From assembly GCA_004764695.1 (NCBI GenBank), contig SMSO01000031.1:2766436-2830435 (forward strand): DNA of 64,000 nucleotides, read 5' to 3'. This DNA is from Schizochytrium sp. TIO01 (Eukaryota > Protista > Bigyra: Labyrinthulomycetes). Below the pieces are notes generated by a model. The model made no database searches, was not told the origin of the DNA, and saw nothing but the letters and a program-made list of their open reading frames with translations. This document shows, one piece after another, positions 32,668-42,400 of the stretch. The translations under genes and the position numbers were made by a program. The first letter of the stretch is position 1; each line of letters opens with the position of its first letter.

Positions 32668-34479
32668 ATGATGAACTGGAGCATACCGAGCACTTCTGCG
32701 TGGAAGACATCTGTGTTTGTAAGAACAAAGACTGCAGCTATTTTGGCCATATGTATCCTGAGTAGCCTCGCGACTGCAAATAGTCAAGACGTTACCGAAC
32801 AAAAGTCTATCTTTTCACATGAAGATGATGCTCAACTTTTGGATTGGCCATTCCTTGACAACGGCTTTCGTGAAGATGAAGTCTACTTCATCCGCGAAGA
32901 GCGTGTCGGTAATGATTGCTTCAAGGAATGCTTTGAACCCAGGCAAGCTGTGGCAGACCAGCGGCGGCACCCAACCCAGCATCCTGCAGATTCAGACCAC
33001 GCTGCAGCGTTCGAGAATGAAGCTGGGTTCCTTGGTGAAGATGACGAAGATGTTGGTGAAGATGGACTTCTTCATGACGGGGCAACGAATGAGGCAATGT
33101 GGCATTGCGAACACCGATGCGGGATCTTAGAGCCTATTCAAGTTGACAAAGTTTTGCATCTTTTTGACAAGAACGCGCATGGGCGATATTTGATTCTATG
33201 GGAATCTCGGGCTTTTGCAGATGCCGAGCACACGCGTGAGGCACTTCAGGAGCTTGCCAAAGTTGCAGGTGACCTTCGTAAACAAAAGAATAGTCCGCTG
33301 AGGCCCATTCTTTACACATACAGTGGGTGGCACCCGAATGCGGAAACCGTGGTCTCCTGGTGGCGTGACCAGCACTCCCCAGAGGCTCGCCGTCGACCCT
33401 GGCAAAGCACGCCAGACTCATTTGGAGGTTGGGGTCGGGCAACAATGTCTCTCGTAGAAGATGGCAAGATTCTCTGGGATGTCTTTGATATCGTGCACAG
33501 CTCAAAGCATTGGAGGCTTCTTCACGATTTTGACTTTGGTAATGAAGAGGTGCTGCAACAACTCGATCCCTTCGGGGTTGCAGGTGATCTTGCTGGTGCT
33601 TTGCAATATGTATTGCAAAATCTGGACTCAGAGCACTTTCGTCTTCCCTTGCAAGTATGCTTACAAGTGGCCCGTATTGTGTTGGGCCCCCGGTTCAAAC
33701 AAGACCTTGCACATGGCAAAAATGAACAGCATATGGATGCCCTTGCTGAATACTGTGAAGATCTTCAGGACGAGGAGCGAGAAAACTTGGCTTCCCACAG
33801 AGCAGATATAGACTACGAACGCTTTGCTTTGATGGCTAAGCAAATGGGCGTTGTTGATCCGCAGGGCTCGATGTGGAAACACACTCTTACAACGTGGCGT
33901 TCAGTTTTAGCATATCTCCGTTCTGACCGGCAACACAAGAGTAAGCGGATTGAAGCTCGCAAACCCTCTGATATCGTTATCATGGCATCAATTGTTCCAG
34001 TTTATGACGGGGGAATTGAGGCAGAGCTTGGCGTAGGAGATCGACATGAAGCACTGATGCTTTCGCTTTGCTACAGGAACTACTCTATTCCAGAGGGTGC
34101 TACAGAGGATCGTTACGCAACCAGTGGAAAACGCGTCAAGGCTCATATCAACACAGATGTCTTCCTCGCTGTTGTGCCGTGTGAAGATCTAACGTCCCAT
34201 GATGTCCTAGAATGTCTGAAAGGTATCCTTGCTGACGCTCGAGCAGGAAGCCTGGATGTCGAAACAGGAGATCCTTTTTACTCGATTGCAGGCTTTATTT
34301 TTGGAGTTGGCTTTGTTGGAAAAACTGAATACCTCAATTTGCAGCCTTACTGGAGTGCCGACCCTGCTATCCCAGGTCAAGGTGAATTTCCTCCGGATGA
34401 GGTTACAGAAAAATATGCATCTGAACATCAACGGAGGAATCGCAAGCCTTCAAAAATTATCTACAAAGATGAGCTTTAG
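32668..34479 (+). CDS. Uncharacterised ER-luminal protein (signal peptide + C-terminal KDEL), ~603 aa
   Basis: First ATG at 32668 (track start 32653 is TTG). Hydrophobic stretch AAILAICILSSLATA with an AxA cleavage-like site. Ends IIYKDEL-stop. No internal TM helix evident. Confidence 0.85.
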   Translation: MMNWSIPSTSAWKTSVFVRTKTAAILAICILSSLATANSQDVTEQKSIFSHEDDAQLLDWPFLDNGFREDEVYFIREERVGNDCFKECFEPRQAVADQRRHPTQHPADSDHAAAFENEAGFLGEDDEDVGEDGLLHDGATNEAMWHCEHRCGILEPIQVDKVLHLFDKNAHGRYLILWESRAFADAEHTREALQELAKVAGDLRKQKNSPLRPILYTYSGWHPNAETVVSWWRDQHSPEARRRPWQSTPDSFGGWGRATMSLVEDGKILWDVFDIVHSSKHWRLLHDFDFGNEEVLQQLDPFGVAGDLAGALQYVLQNLDSEHFRLPLQVCLQVARIVLGPRFKQDLAHGKNEQHMDALAEYCEDLQDEERENLASHRADIDYERFALMAKQMGVVDPQGSMWKHTLTTWRSVLAYLRSDRQHKSKRIEARKPSDIVIMASIVPVYDGGIEAELGVGDRHEALMLSLCYRNYSIPEGATEDRYATSGKRVKAHINTDVFLAVVPCEDLTSHDVLECLKGILADARAGSLDVETGDPFYSIAGFIFGVGFVGKTEYLNLQPYWSADPAIPGQGEFPPDEVTEKYASEHQRRNRKPSKIIYKDEL

Positions 34480-34909
34480 ATAGCTCTTACTTTTATGCAA
34501 AACTATTGTTGTCTCTTTCTTTAATTTTTAATATTCGTATTAGTAGAAGAGACTTCCCCAAATTACATCTTTAATCATTTTATTGCTAGACTTCTGGACT
34601 TCTGACTTGGACCTGGGCCTAATATAGGTAATAAAGATATCGGAAATTCTTGCATCTCTCTTATCTTGAATTTTCATGACTTTAAAATGCTATTCCAAGT
34701 TATCATCAAGAAATGTGTGGAATTCTTTAGAATGGGAGTGACGAGATGTGAGGAAAGATAGTAATGCAGCAGACGGAAAAAGTCGCAGCGGTCGATCATG
34801 TCATCACCCCCCTACTACCGACGAAACCTGTCGGAGTATATATTTTATGATATATGATTTGTTTATGATATTCCGGAAAATTTATAATTCATACATGTGA
34901 AGCAGATAA

Positions 34910-37900
34910 TTATGCTTTCAGAGACCGTGCGTCGCGCGCTTGTTTGAGGTACTTCGCTTCTACAGCAGCAATCCAATCTTCATCATCATCCTCATCCTCC
35001 TCATATTCATCATCGCCACCTTGATCTGAACCAAGTCGCGCTCGTCGCGGGGCAGTCGTTGCAAAGGTAACTTCTCTAATTTGCGGAATTCCAAATTCTG
35101 TATCCATTTCTGCGTAGATGTTTGAAATTGAATCTTGTTCTGTAGCAAAGCGATGAGATGTTCGGGATGAAGAGTCGCGTTGGAGGTTAGACTTATTCAA
35201 GCGTGAGTGAGAAAGGTCTTTCTTACTACTGCTTTCATCCTCCTCTTCGCGTATAATACTAGGAGGTTCGGAAGAGTCGTCCGTACTGTTCGATGGGATG
35301 CGAAGCATTGTTGTCCCGATACCCGAAGATAAAACACTGGAGGGCGGCTCAGCTATTGGCGAAACATGCGTTTTTGCCTTCTTCTCCTTATCATGCCGAC
35401 CTGGGCTACCGCGACTTAAAGCAGGCTCGTGTGTGGGCAGTATCGTTTTCTCATCTAAGTCCACAACAATAGTACTTTTAGAGACGCAAGTTTTGCTTGG
35501 TGATTCATGACGATCCACTTGTTGAAGTTCCGCATCTTTCCGGGCGTGCATATCGAATTCATCATCATCATCATCTTCTTCTTCGTCGTATTGCTGAAGG
35601 CCAGCGAGATAAATAGCTGTGGGGTCCTCCATAGTCATTGCTGAATTTAGAGAAGCCACGGTTTTGGTCAACAGCGGGGCATGCTCGGCTTCTTTTGATG
35701 CTTCTCTACCTAGTCCGGAATTTTCGTTTTCTTCTATTTCATTTGTGGCAGTATTTTTAGGTGGCTCGCTTGAACTAGGGAAAGGCTTAGAACCATCCTC
35801 CATAGTGGATCTTCCAGTTTGAGACTCCTGCGCGGAAAGTGCCATTGTCTGTGCTCGTGAAAGTGAATTGATACGCATTTGCTCCTCCATAAGTTTTTGA
35901 AGTCCGGAAATCTGCTGCTGCATTAGTGTAATTTGTTGTTGTTGAGTTGAGATCATGGTATAATAGTGCCGGCTGCGTCCTCGAGACCGACGCGATTTAG
36001 ATGATGCCATGGATTGATTTACTGTTTGCCCCAAAGCAGAGGTGTCAAAGGAGTTTGTCAGATATGATGGAGCATCTTGGCGGTGTCGAGAGGATCGGGA
36101 GCCACCACGATTCCTATGACTAGCTTGGTCGCGAGACTGACGGCTATGTAGTGGAGGTGAGCGCGACGGTCCAGGGCCGATGCTATCGCCTAATCGTGTA
36201 GTATTACCTCCATATATCGTTGAAAGCATGATTTGCTGTGCAGGTGGATCACTGCTTCTAAAATCAAAGCCTTGGTTGTCCGCATCTTCGTTACCAAATT
36301 GAATCTCGTCTTCATCATCAAATAATCCTCCAAAGGCACCCATATCAGTTGTATCATGCTGATTGTTGTTGTTGTTGTTGTTGTTGTTGTTATTGTAACT
36401 TTCCGTACGCTCTGGACGAAAATACATTGAGTCCAAATCACCATAGTTCAGGGAATCATGATGAGCTGTACTGCGATATTGCATCGAGCGCTGTGGCGGT
36501 GCATAAGTTGGCGGTGGTGGCGGAGGTGTTGATGTTGGCGGAGACGGTGGGCGAGAAGATAAGCGGCTACGAGACAAATCTGATGCTTGATCTCTCGCAC
36601 CTCTCTCTGATGTTTGAGGAAGCTCATGAATTAAATATTCATCCATGATTGGGTGATGAGCTTGATCGCGCTGTCGTTCACGGTTCATTTGGAGCAGTTG
36701 ATCAAATGCATTGTGGAAAGACTGACGCCGCGTCAGAGATTCAACATGATGGAATTGCACCTCGACGGCGTCTCCTTGTGGGAAATATGTACTACTGGTC
36801 ATGCTCACGTCGACTTCAAATGCGGCCTCCACTTGAATGAACGGGCGTGGCTCCACACCTAGCTTCGTCAGAGTTTCTTTATCCTGATACATAGAGTAAG
36901 AGCATTCCACAAATTGTGGCATTGGGCTCCCTGGTGGATACATAACCACAAGAAACGTCGAAGGGGACTCAGGAGGTGACACCTTCTCCTGTATTTTTTC
37001 ATTATGGATATAGCGCAGGCAAGCTGACCATAAGAAAGGCTCACTGAGCATGTCTTGCCAATCCTGTAATTGCTTCTTTGCATTCAAGCTTCCGGCACTA
37101 CGCACCCAAATACCAACAATCGGTAAATCGTAAGCCATAGGGTCATCCTCAAGGAGGAAGACAGCCTTTCGGGTCTGGTTGAGGGTGACAAAGCCACATG
37201 CTGTAGGATCTGTTGGATCGACGGATGTATTGGGATCACCTGCGTGGGCCCAAACATCCAGTTGGCGCGCTAAGGGCGTAGCCAAGATGGAGAGAGGAGT
37301 GATTGGGGTAAATGTCAGCGTAATAGCTGGCAAAATAGTCTCCACCCGCATTACCAGACGGTTACCAGGCAGAGCCTTGCAAACAGCATATCCATCTAAA
37401 TATTGCAAGGGGTCAGCAGGACCTTGCACGCGGAACTTTCCCAGAGCCTTACGTATTATCTTTCCATACTCAGCTGCATCAAAATCAGTACTTTCCCCTA
37501 GCGATCGGTGCGAGCGTGACTGGAAAACATGTTCGTAACCACCAGCAGAGACCTCGTGCTGAGCACTCGCCATCTCTTCATCTGAAGCGCGTCTGTATGC
37601 GCAGAAAATACGCATCTGGCCTAGCCTACGTTTTTGCGCAGCTGCATGAAAGCTCTGCAAGGTAGCCTCCCACGCACCGCCAACCCAGTCTCCAAAATGC
37701 CCGTAGTCAAGAGGCGGCCCCGCATATCCGGCGAGACTCGGTGTTTGATGGTCTGGAAAGGTTTGGTTGATACTCTGGATTTCCTGAAGACGACGCGAGT
37801 CAACAGAGCTAAAATATCCAGTTTTAGAGGCGAGATCGTTATACAAGGACGCAAGTGCAGCGCGACGGAATTTTAGTACGGGGATGTGTGCTTCAGTACC

Positions 37901-38644
37901 TAGCACGCACGAATCACCCAGTGGAGTGCGGTCCCACAGGACTGTACGAAGAGGCGGGAAAACAACATCATGAAACATAGAGATTCCTCCCATGCTAGTG
38001 TTATTTTCGTTGTAGCTTGCTTTAGATAATTGTTCATGGTTTTGGTGTCTACCTCTATCAGTAGACGCATTGTGTACAACACTCATATTTTCTACCATGT
38101 CATATTCATCATCATCGTCGCCGAAAAATCTTGAACTTCGATCGTGCTGTTCTTGACGTCGGTTTCTGCTGTTAACGTCGCGAGATGCTAGTTTATGGCT
38201 ACCAGAATGTGGCATTGCTGGTGACCTAGAGTTGTGCTTCATCTTGGAGCTTGCAGCTGCCGCATTTCTTGATATGGGCTTCGCCGTCCCCGCGGCCCGG
38301 CGTCGATTAGACCTCGATGATGATGCACTCACGTTTACATCCATATGCTGAAATCCGCTCGCCCGGTTGTCAAGAAAGTCGTGTCTCCGACCTTTGTGAC
38401 TGTGATTTCTAGCTTTTAGATCTGTTAACTGCTGATCTTCATTTGCATGCCGACGTGTTGTGGTTTCAGGGTCATCCCATACCATGACATCCTCCCCAAG
38501 CCGGTCCATCTCTGCCCTAGATGCAAGTTCTGGTTGTAAATCCTGCAAGTTTCGACCACGTTGTACGCTTGAATTATCACTTTGTCCTCCAGACCGTGCC
38601 ATAGCGAGTCTGGGCCTTGGCCCTCGCGCAACGGCGTGAGCCAT
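34910..38644 (-). CDS. STIL: STIL (SCL/TAL1 interrupting locus)-like centriole assembly protein, ~1244 aa
   Basis: First ATG at 38644 (track start 38674 is GTG). STIL_N-like motifs FPPLRTVLWDRTPLGD, GFVTLNQTRKAVFLLEDDPMAYDLPIVGIWV, LWSACLRYIHNEKIQEKV and TFLVVMY...PQFVEC. Short central coiled coil QQQQITLMQQQISGLQKLM. C-terminal IPQI...AVEAKYLK. Confidence 0.8.
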   Translation of the reverse strand: MAHAVARGPRPRLAMARSGGQSDNSSVQRGRNLQDLQPELASRAEMDRLGEDVMVWDDPETTTRRHANEDQQLTDLKARNHSHKGRRHDFLDNRASGFQHMDVNVSASSSRSNRRRAAGTAKPISRNAAAASSKMKHNSRSPAMPHSGSHKLASRDVNSRNRRQEQHDRSSRFFGDDDDEYDMVENMSVVHNASTDRGRHQNHEQLSKASYNENNTSMGGISMFHDVVFPPLRTVLWDRTPLGDSCVLGTEAHIPVLKFRRAALASLYNDLASKTGYFSSVDSRRLQEIQSINQTFPDHQTPSLAGYAGPPLDYGHFGDWVGGAWEATLQSFHAAAQKRRLGQMRIFCAYRRASDEEMASAQHEVSAGGYEHVFQSRSHRSLGESTDFDAAEYGKIIRKALGKFRVQGPADPLQYLDGYAVCKALPGNRLVMRVETILPAITLTFTPITPLSILATPLARQLDVWAHAGDPNTSVDPTDPTACGFVTLNQTRKAVFLLEDDPMAYDLPIVGIWVRSAGSLNAKKQLQDWQDMLSEPFLWSACLRYIHNEKIQEKVSPPESPSTFLVVMYPPGSPMPQFVECSYSMYQDKETLTKLGVEPRPFIQVEAAFEVDVSMTSSTYFPQGDAVEVQFHHVESLTRRQSFHNAFDQLLQMNRERQRDQAHHPIMDEYLIHELPQTSERGARDQASDLSRSRLSSRPPSPPTSTPPPPPPTYAPPQRSMQYRSTAHHDSLNYGDLDSMYFRPERTESYNNNNNNNNNNNQHDTTDMGAFGGLFDDEDEIQFGNEDADNQGFDFRSSDPPAQQIMLSTIYGGNTTRLGDSIGPGPSRSPPLHSRQSRDQASHRNRGGSRSSRHRQDAPSYLTNSFDTSALGQTVNQSMASSKSRRSRGRSRHYYTMISTQQQQITLMQQQISGLQKLMEEQMRINSLSRAQTMALSAQESQTGRSTMEDGSKPFPSSSEPPKNTATNEIEENENSGLGREASKEAEHAPLLTKTVASLNSAMTMEDPTAIYLAGLQQYDEEEDDDDDEFDMHARKDAELQQVDRHESPSKTCVSKSTIVVDLDEKTILPTHEPALSRGSPGRHDKEKKAKTHVSPIAEPPSSVLSSGIGTTMLRIPSNSTDDSSEPPSIIREEEDESSSKKDLSHSRLNKSNLQRDSSSRTSHRFATEQDSISNIYAEMDTEFGIPQIREVTFATTAPRRARLGSDQGGDDEYEEDEDDDEDWIAAVEAKYLKQARDARSLKA

Positions 38645-39453
38645 GACTCTGCCGTCGCCAATTCTCACCGACACAGCAACCCTTCAGCGTCGTTTCTTCA
38701 CTATTTCCACAAATGAAATTGCAGCACCCAAACTTTAGGCCTGATTTGTTTTTGTGTGACCTGACTTTGTTGCAAGAACCCTCCCAAACCGCGTGTGGTC
38801 TCACGGTGGTTGGGCTCCTCGACGAGAAGTACATTTGGTGCCCTATTAGGCCTATTCAAGTTGTTATTTTAATTTAAAACTCATTTGTTCATCTTTTATT
38901 TTCTACTTAGTATTAGTTTTTTCCCACCCTACTATTCTAAAAAGACTAACTGCCATACTAAGTATGTATACGTTCTCCATCTTCGGAAGTCATTCTTATA
39001 GTTCACGAGAGGCACTTAACTGAGTGAACGAAGCTTCAAGTACTTAGCAACCTACCTACCTCTTACGATGCATGCTTTGGTTGTTCAATATTGACTGGAA
39101 AGAATCTCCTAAATCTATGATTTCATTGAGGACCTATGTCGCTACTTAGAAGGAAAACAGGTGGTGGCTCAGGCTGATGGAGTAGGTATCCACTACAAGG
39201 TATAATCAGGTAGATAATCCTTACCTGCTAAGGCCTAGTACAGTATAGGAAAATGAATAAATCTTCTTTTTTGAGTAGGGAATCGACTTGGTTTCGGACT
39301 CAATCTTTGGTGATTATAAGCAGGTGCTCTTTCTTCGTCAGAGCCCAAGTCTGCCTCTACAACTTATTGCAATACGTTGGATAAATTTTTCCAGAGCTCA
39401 TTGCTTATTGACTCACGCAGCTGCAGCACGAGTGGTATTCCACGAGTGGTCTC

Positions 39454-42400
39454 ATGAGCTGCGACCATGCTTTGATGCGAAAGGGGGCTCGAAGGGCGTC
39501 TGCACAGACCTTGTCTTTAATGTTGGAGATAGATAACCGAGCTCAATCTTTGCGAATGTGCAATGACGATGAATTCGCTGAGCCAAATGATCTTGAGCAG
39601 GAAGATACAGACTCAGGCAGATCTGCATGTAAATGGCAAATTTCAACACAAAGTGAATTCGCCGCACGAAATCTAGGTTTGGATCTTGAGCCTGAGGATG
39701 TCTACGATAGTGAGCTTGACGATAGGGCCTCGAAAAGGGAGTCTCCGGCTGTGACAGCAACAAGTTCAAAGACTCCAGCACCCCGGGTGCGAGCTGGAGA
39801 CGATGATGACCTCGTACTTTCAAGTGCTCAGTCTGAAATCCATGCAGTAGTTTCAAAAATTTGCCAGCATGTCAACGCAAGCAAAGCTTCCGAGGTTGGC
39901 ATTGAGACAGCATTCAAGTATGCACTACCAAATGGAGTTTTCTCCCTTGTAAAAAGACATCTTCAATCTGCTTTGGGGGAGGAAGATGCTATGGATGATG
40001 AAGCTGTTTCAGTACAGGATTTGGTTGATTTCACGCAGTCAGTGCTACTCACTTCAGCAATTGAAATGCCACCTGACGCCAGCACCTCCAGCCATAGTAT
40101 ACTCTCAAGGCACATCAAATATGGCGCTGTGACACGGGCTGTCCAAGTCTTTCGGCAGTTTGATGAACACTATGGAAATACAACTGCTTCAGGAAATGAT
40201 CAAGACCTTCTTAGATTGATGACATTTATTAATGCGTTAGATACAACATTGCACGAACATTGCAAGGCAAGTTTTACATCAGAAAATCAGGCCTTTCTAA
40301 GCTTAGACTCTGTGCAAACTTCATTTGGGCTATTTCGAGATGGCACTGACTCAAATGAAAAAGAGGTTATTGATCTTTGCACAAGCGCTTCTTCTGGGCT
40401 GATCTTGTGGTCAATGACTCGCGCTTCTAAAGATAAAATGCAACCTCGAATTATCACTGAAATTGCCCATAACGTGGCAGCAACTTCATTTACTCGACCA
40501 GAAGCCCCCAGTTCTGCTGCTGCCTCCGCTGCTACCGCATCACATATTACGAATACAAATGCGAACAGGAGTCTCTCGGCAGTTGATACTGCAGTTGCTT
40601 ACGAGAGTTCACAAATCGACAGGGATAAGGATGTTGCGGAAATCCTTCCTCGATTCTTACTTCACGACGCAAAAGACTCATCTCTTTCTGACCTGCTATC
40701 GAATCCCGATATTCAGAAAAGTCTTGCTGATGCACAACTTGTACTTCTTCGCTCCATGCCTTCGAATACTGCCTCGTCTTTACTCAATATTTCTCCAAAT
40801 GGTTCAGATGACGCTCATCATAGCATAAGTGGTCCCTTTTGTGGGTCATTGGTAGCGTCAAATAGCGGCGGTCTTCAACTTCTCTGTCTTGAGCAAAATA
40901 CTCATTCATCATTACGGAAAGGGAGATTTGTTTGGTGTGGAGCATCATGTCCTTCATTAGCATCTGACTGGACACTTTGTTTTCGAAGGGAGAGGTCAAG
41001 CGAAGACCCATGTGCGATTCGCTATCCTAAGAGTCTGCCCTATGAAGATCTTCGCGGATCTATGACTATGCTCATTCCAGGGGGTAGCAAGGGCATGTCT
41101 GCTGATTGGTATTTTGCTCGTCTTTTTCGCATTGATGAACTTTTTGTCTCTTATCTTTCGGAGCACCTTCAGACCCGAGAAGTAGTGCGGGCATGGACGC
41201 ATGCTGATGACTCGTTTCGCGCTGCCAAACGAAGAAGAGTTTCCAACTCAAACGTCACGCAGGACGTACCAAACAAGGAAACTTTTCTTAGGTACGCTAT
41301 GCAAAACTGGTTTCCCCAACGTCAACTGATGCTTCAACGTTCAAGCATTAGCATTACTCGTGCCCAAGCACTACGTGAAAACTTAGCAAAGGTCAACTGG
41401 GAATTAGGGGCTCTTGAAGGCATCGGCTTCTCTGTACTTCGTGAAGCTCCAAGCAATGCTGTTTCACAACTTGTCTTTGGCCCTTTATCTTTACGTGAGC
41501 ACGGCACTACTATGCAACAAGAACGAGTAGTACTTGAATTCACTTCAAGGTTTGGCCAAGAATTTCGCGAAAGTCTACAGCGCGCACAACATCCAAAAAT
41601 CTGGCAAGACGATCAGGAGGAATTTTGTAAGATCGTTCCTTGTGAACAAACAAGGATCCGTATTAGACACAAGTGCTCAGTTACAGACACGCGCTATGCT
41701 CTTGTAGTCGAGAATGAACACATCTGGGCACTAATTATGGTTACCGAAGCATCTCAAATTGCAATCCGGGACTCGATGGAAAGGATAGCCCATGACTATC
41801 TTGACTTTGCATACACTGGCAAAACCTATGCTAGCGGTGAATTCCCATATCTCGGAGCTGATGTGAGCAAAAACTACGGTGGCTCCTGTAGGCATTATAA
41901 TGCTGAAAACGCATTATCTTTGTGGCGGGCATGTACGAATCGAGATGCCTGTTCTGGATTGGAAGGTACATTTGGAAAGTTCCTGCCTAGAGCTGCGGGT
42001 CTTTGGGAGCTGACAATGCAAATGGTGCCCCCCCCGCATGAGGAATTACAATCAGCTTCTCTACATTTTGATCAACAGTACTCATCTGCATCACTATCTG
42101 CCAGATACTTTTTGTGTCATATGTACCAATCTGCTTACAATGCATGGCGACTGTACACACTTTGCTCTCAGTATGCCTCAATTATGCATGCGAAAAGCTA
42201 TGCTCAATTGCAAAGGGCTTTGCAGCCAGCATATAGTTTTTCTGCTTACCTTCTAGCTTTGTGTACTCCAACTTCTGAGAGCCTTTTTTCTTACGACCCA
42301 AACACCCACTCGGGGGTTTTGGCGACATGGGGGCCAGCTACGCACGAAAACAACTTAATTGCTGGAGGCCTGCTTCAGAATGTTGGGGTGATGGAACCAG

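Noticed and set aside
36349-36648. Poly-Cys ORF on the plus strand
   Set aside because: Antisense reading of the (AAC)n poly-Asn tract in the STIL-like gene.
38700-39450. Search for a piggyBac 5' terminus (TTAA followed by CCY) upstream of the PGBD-like gene
   Set aside because: TTAA sites are present but none is followed by a piggyBac-like end or matched by an inverted copy downstream, so no mobile element is called.
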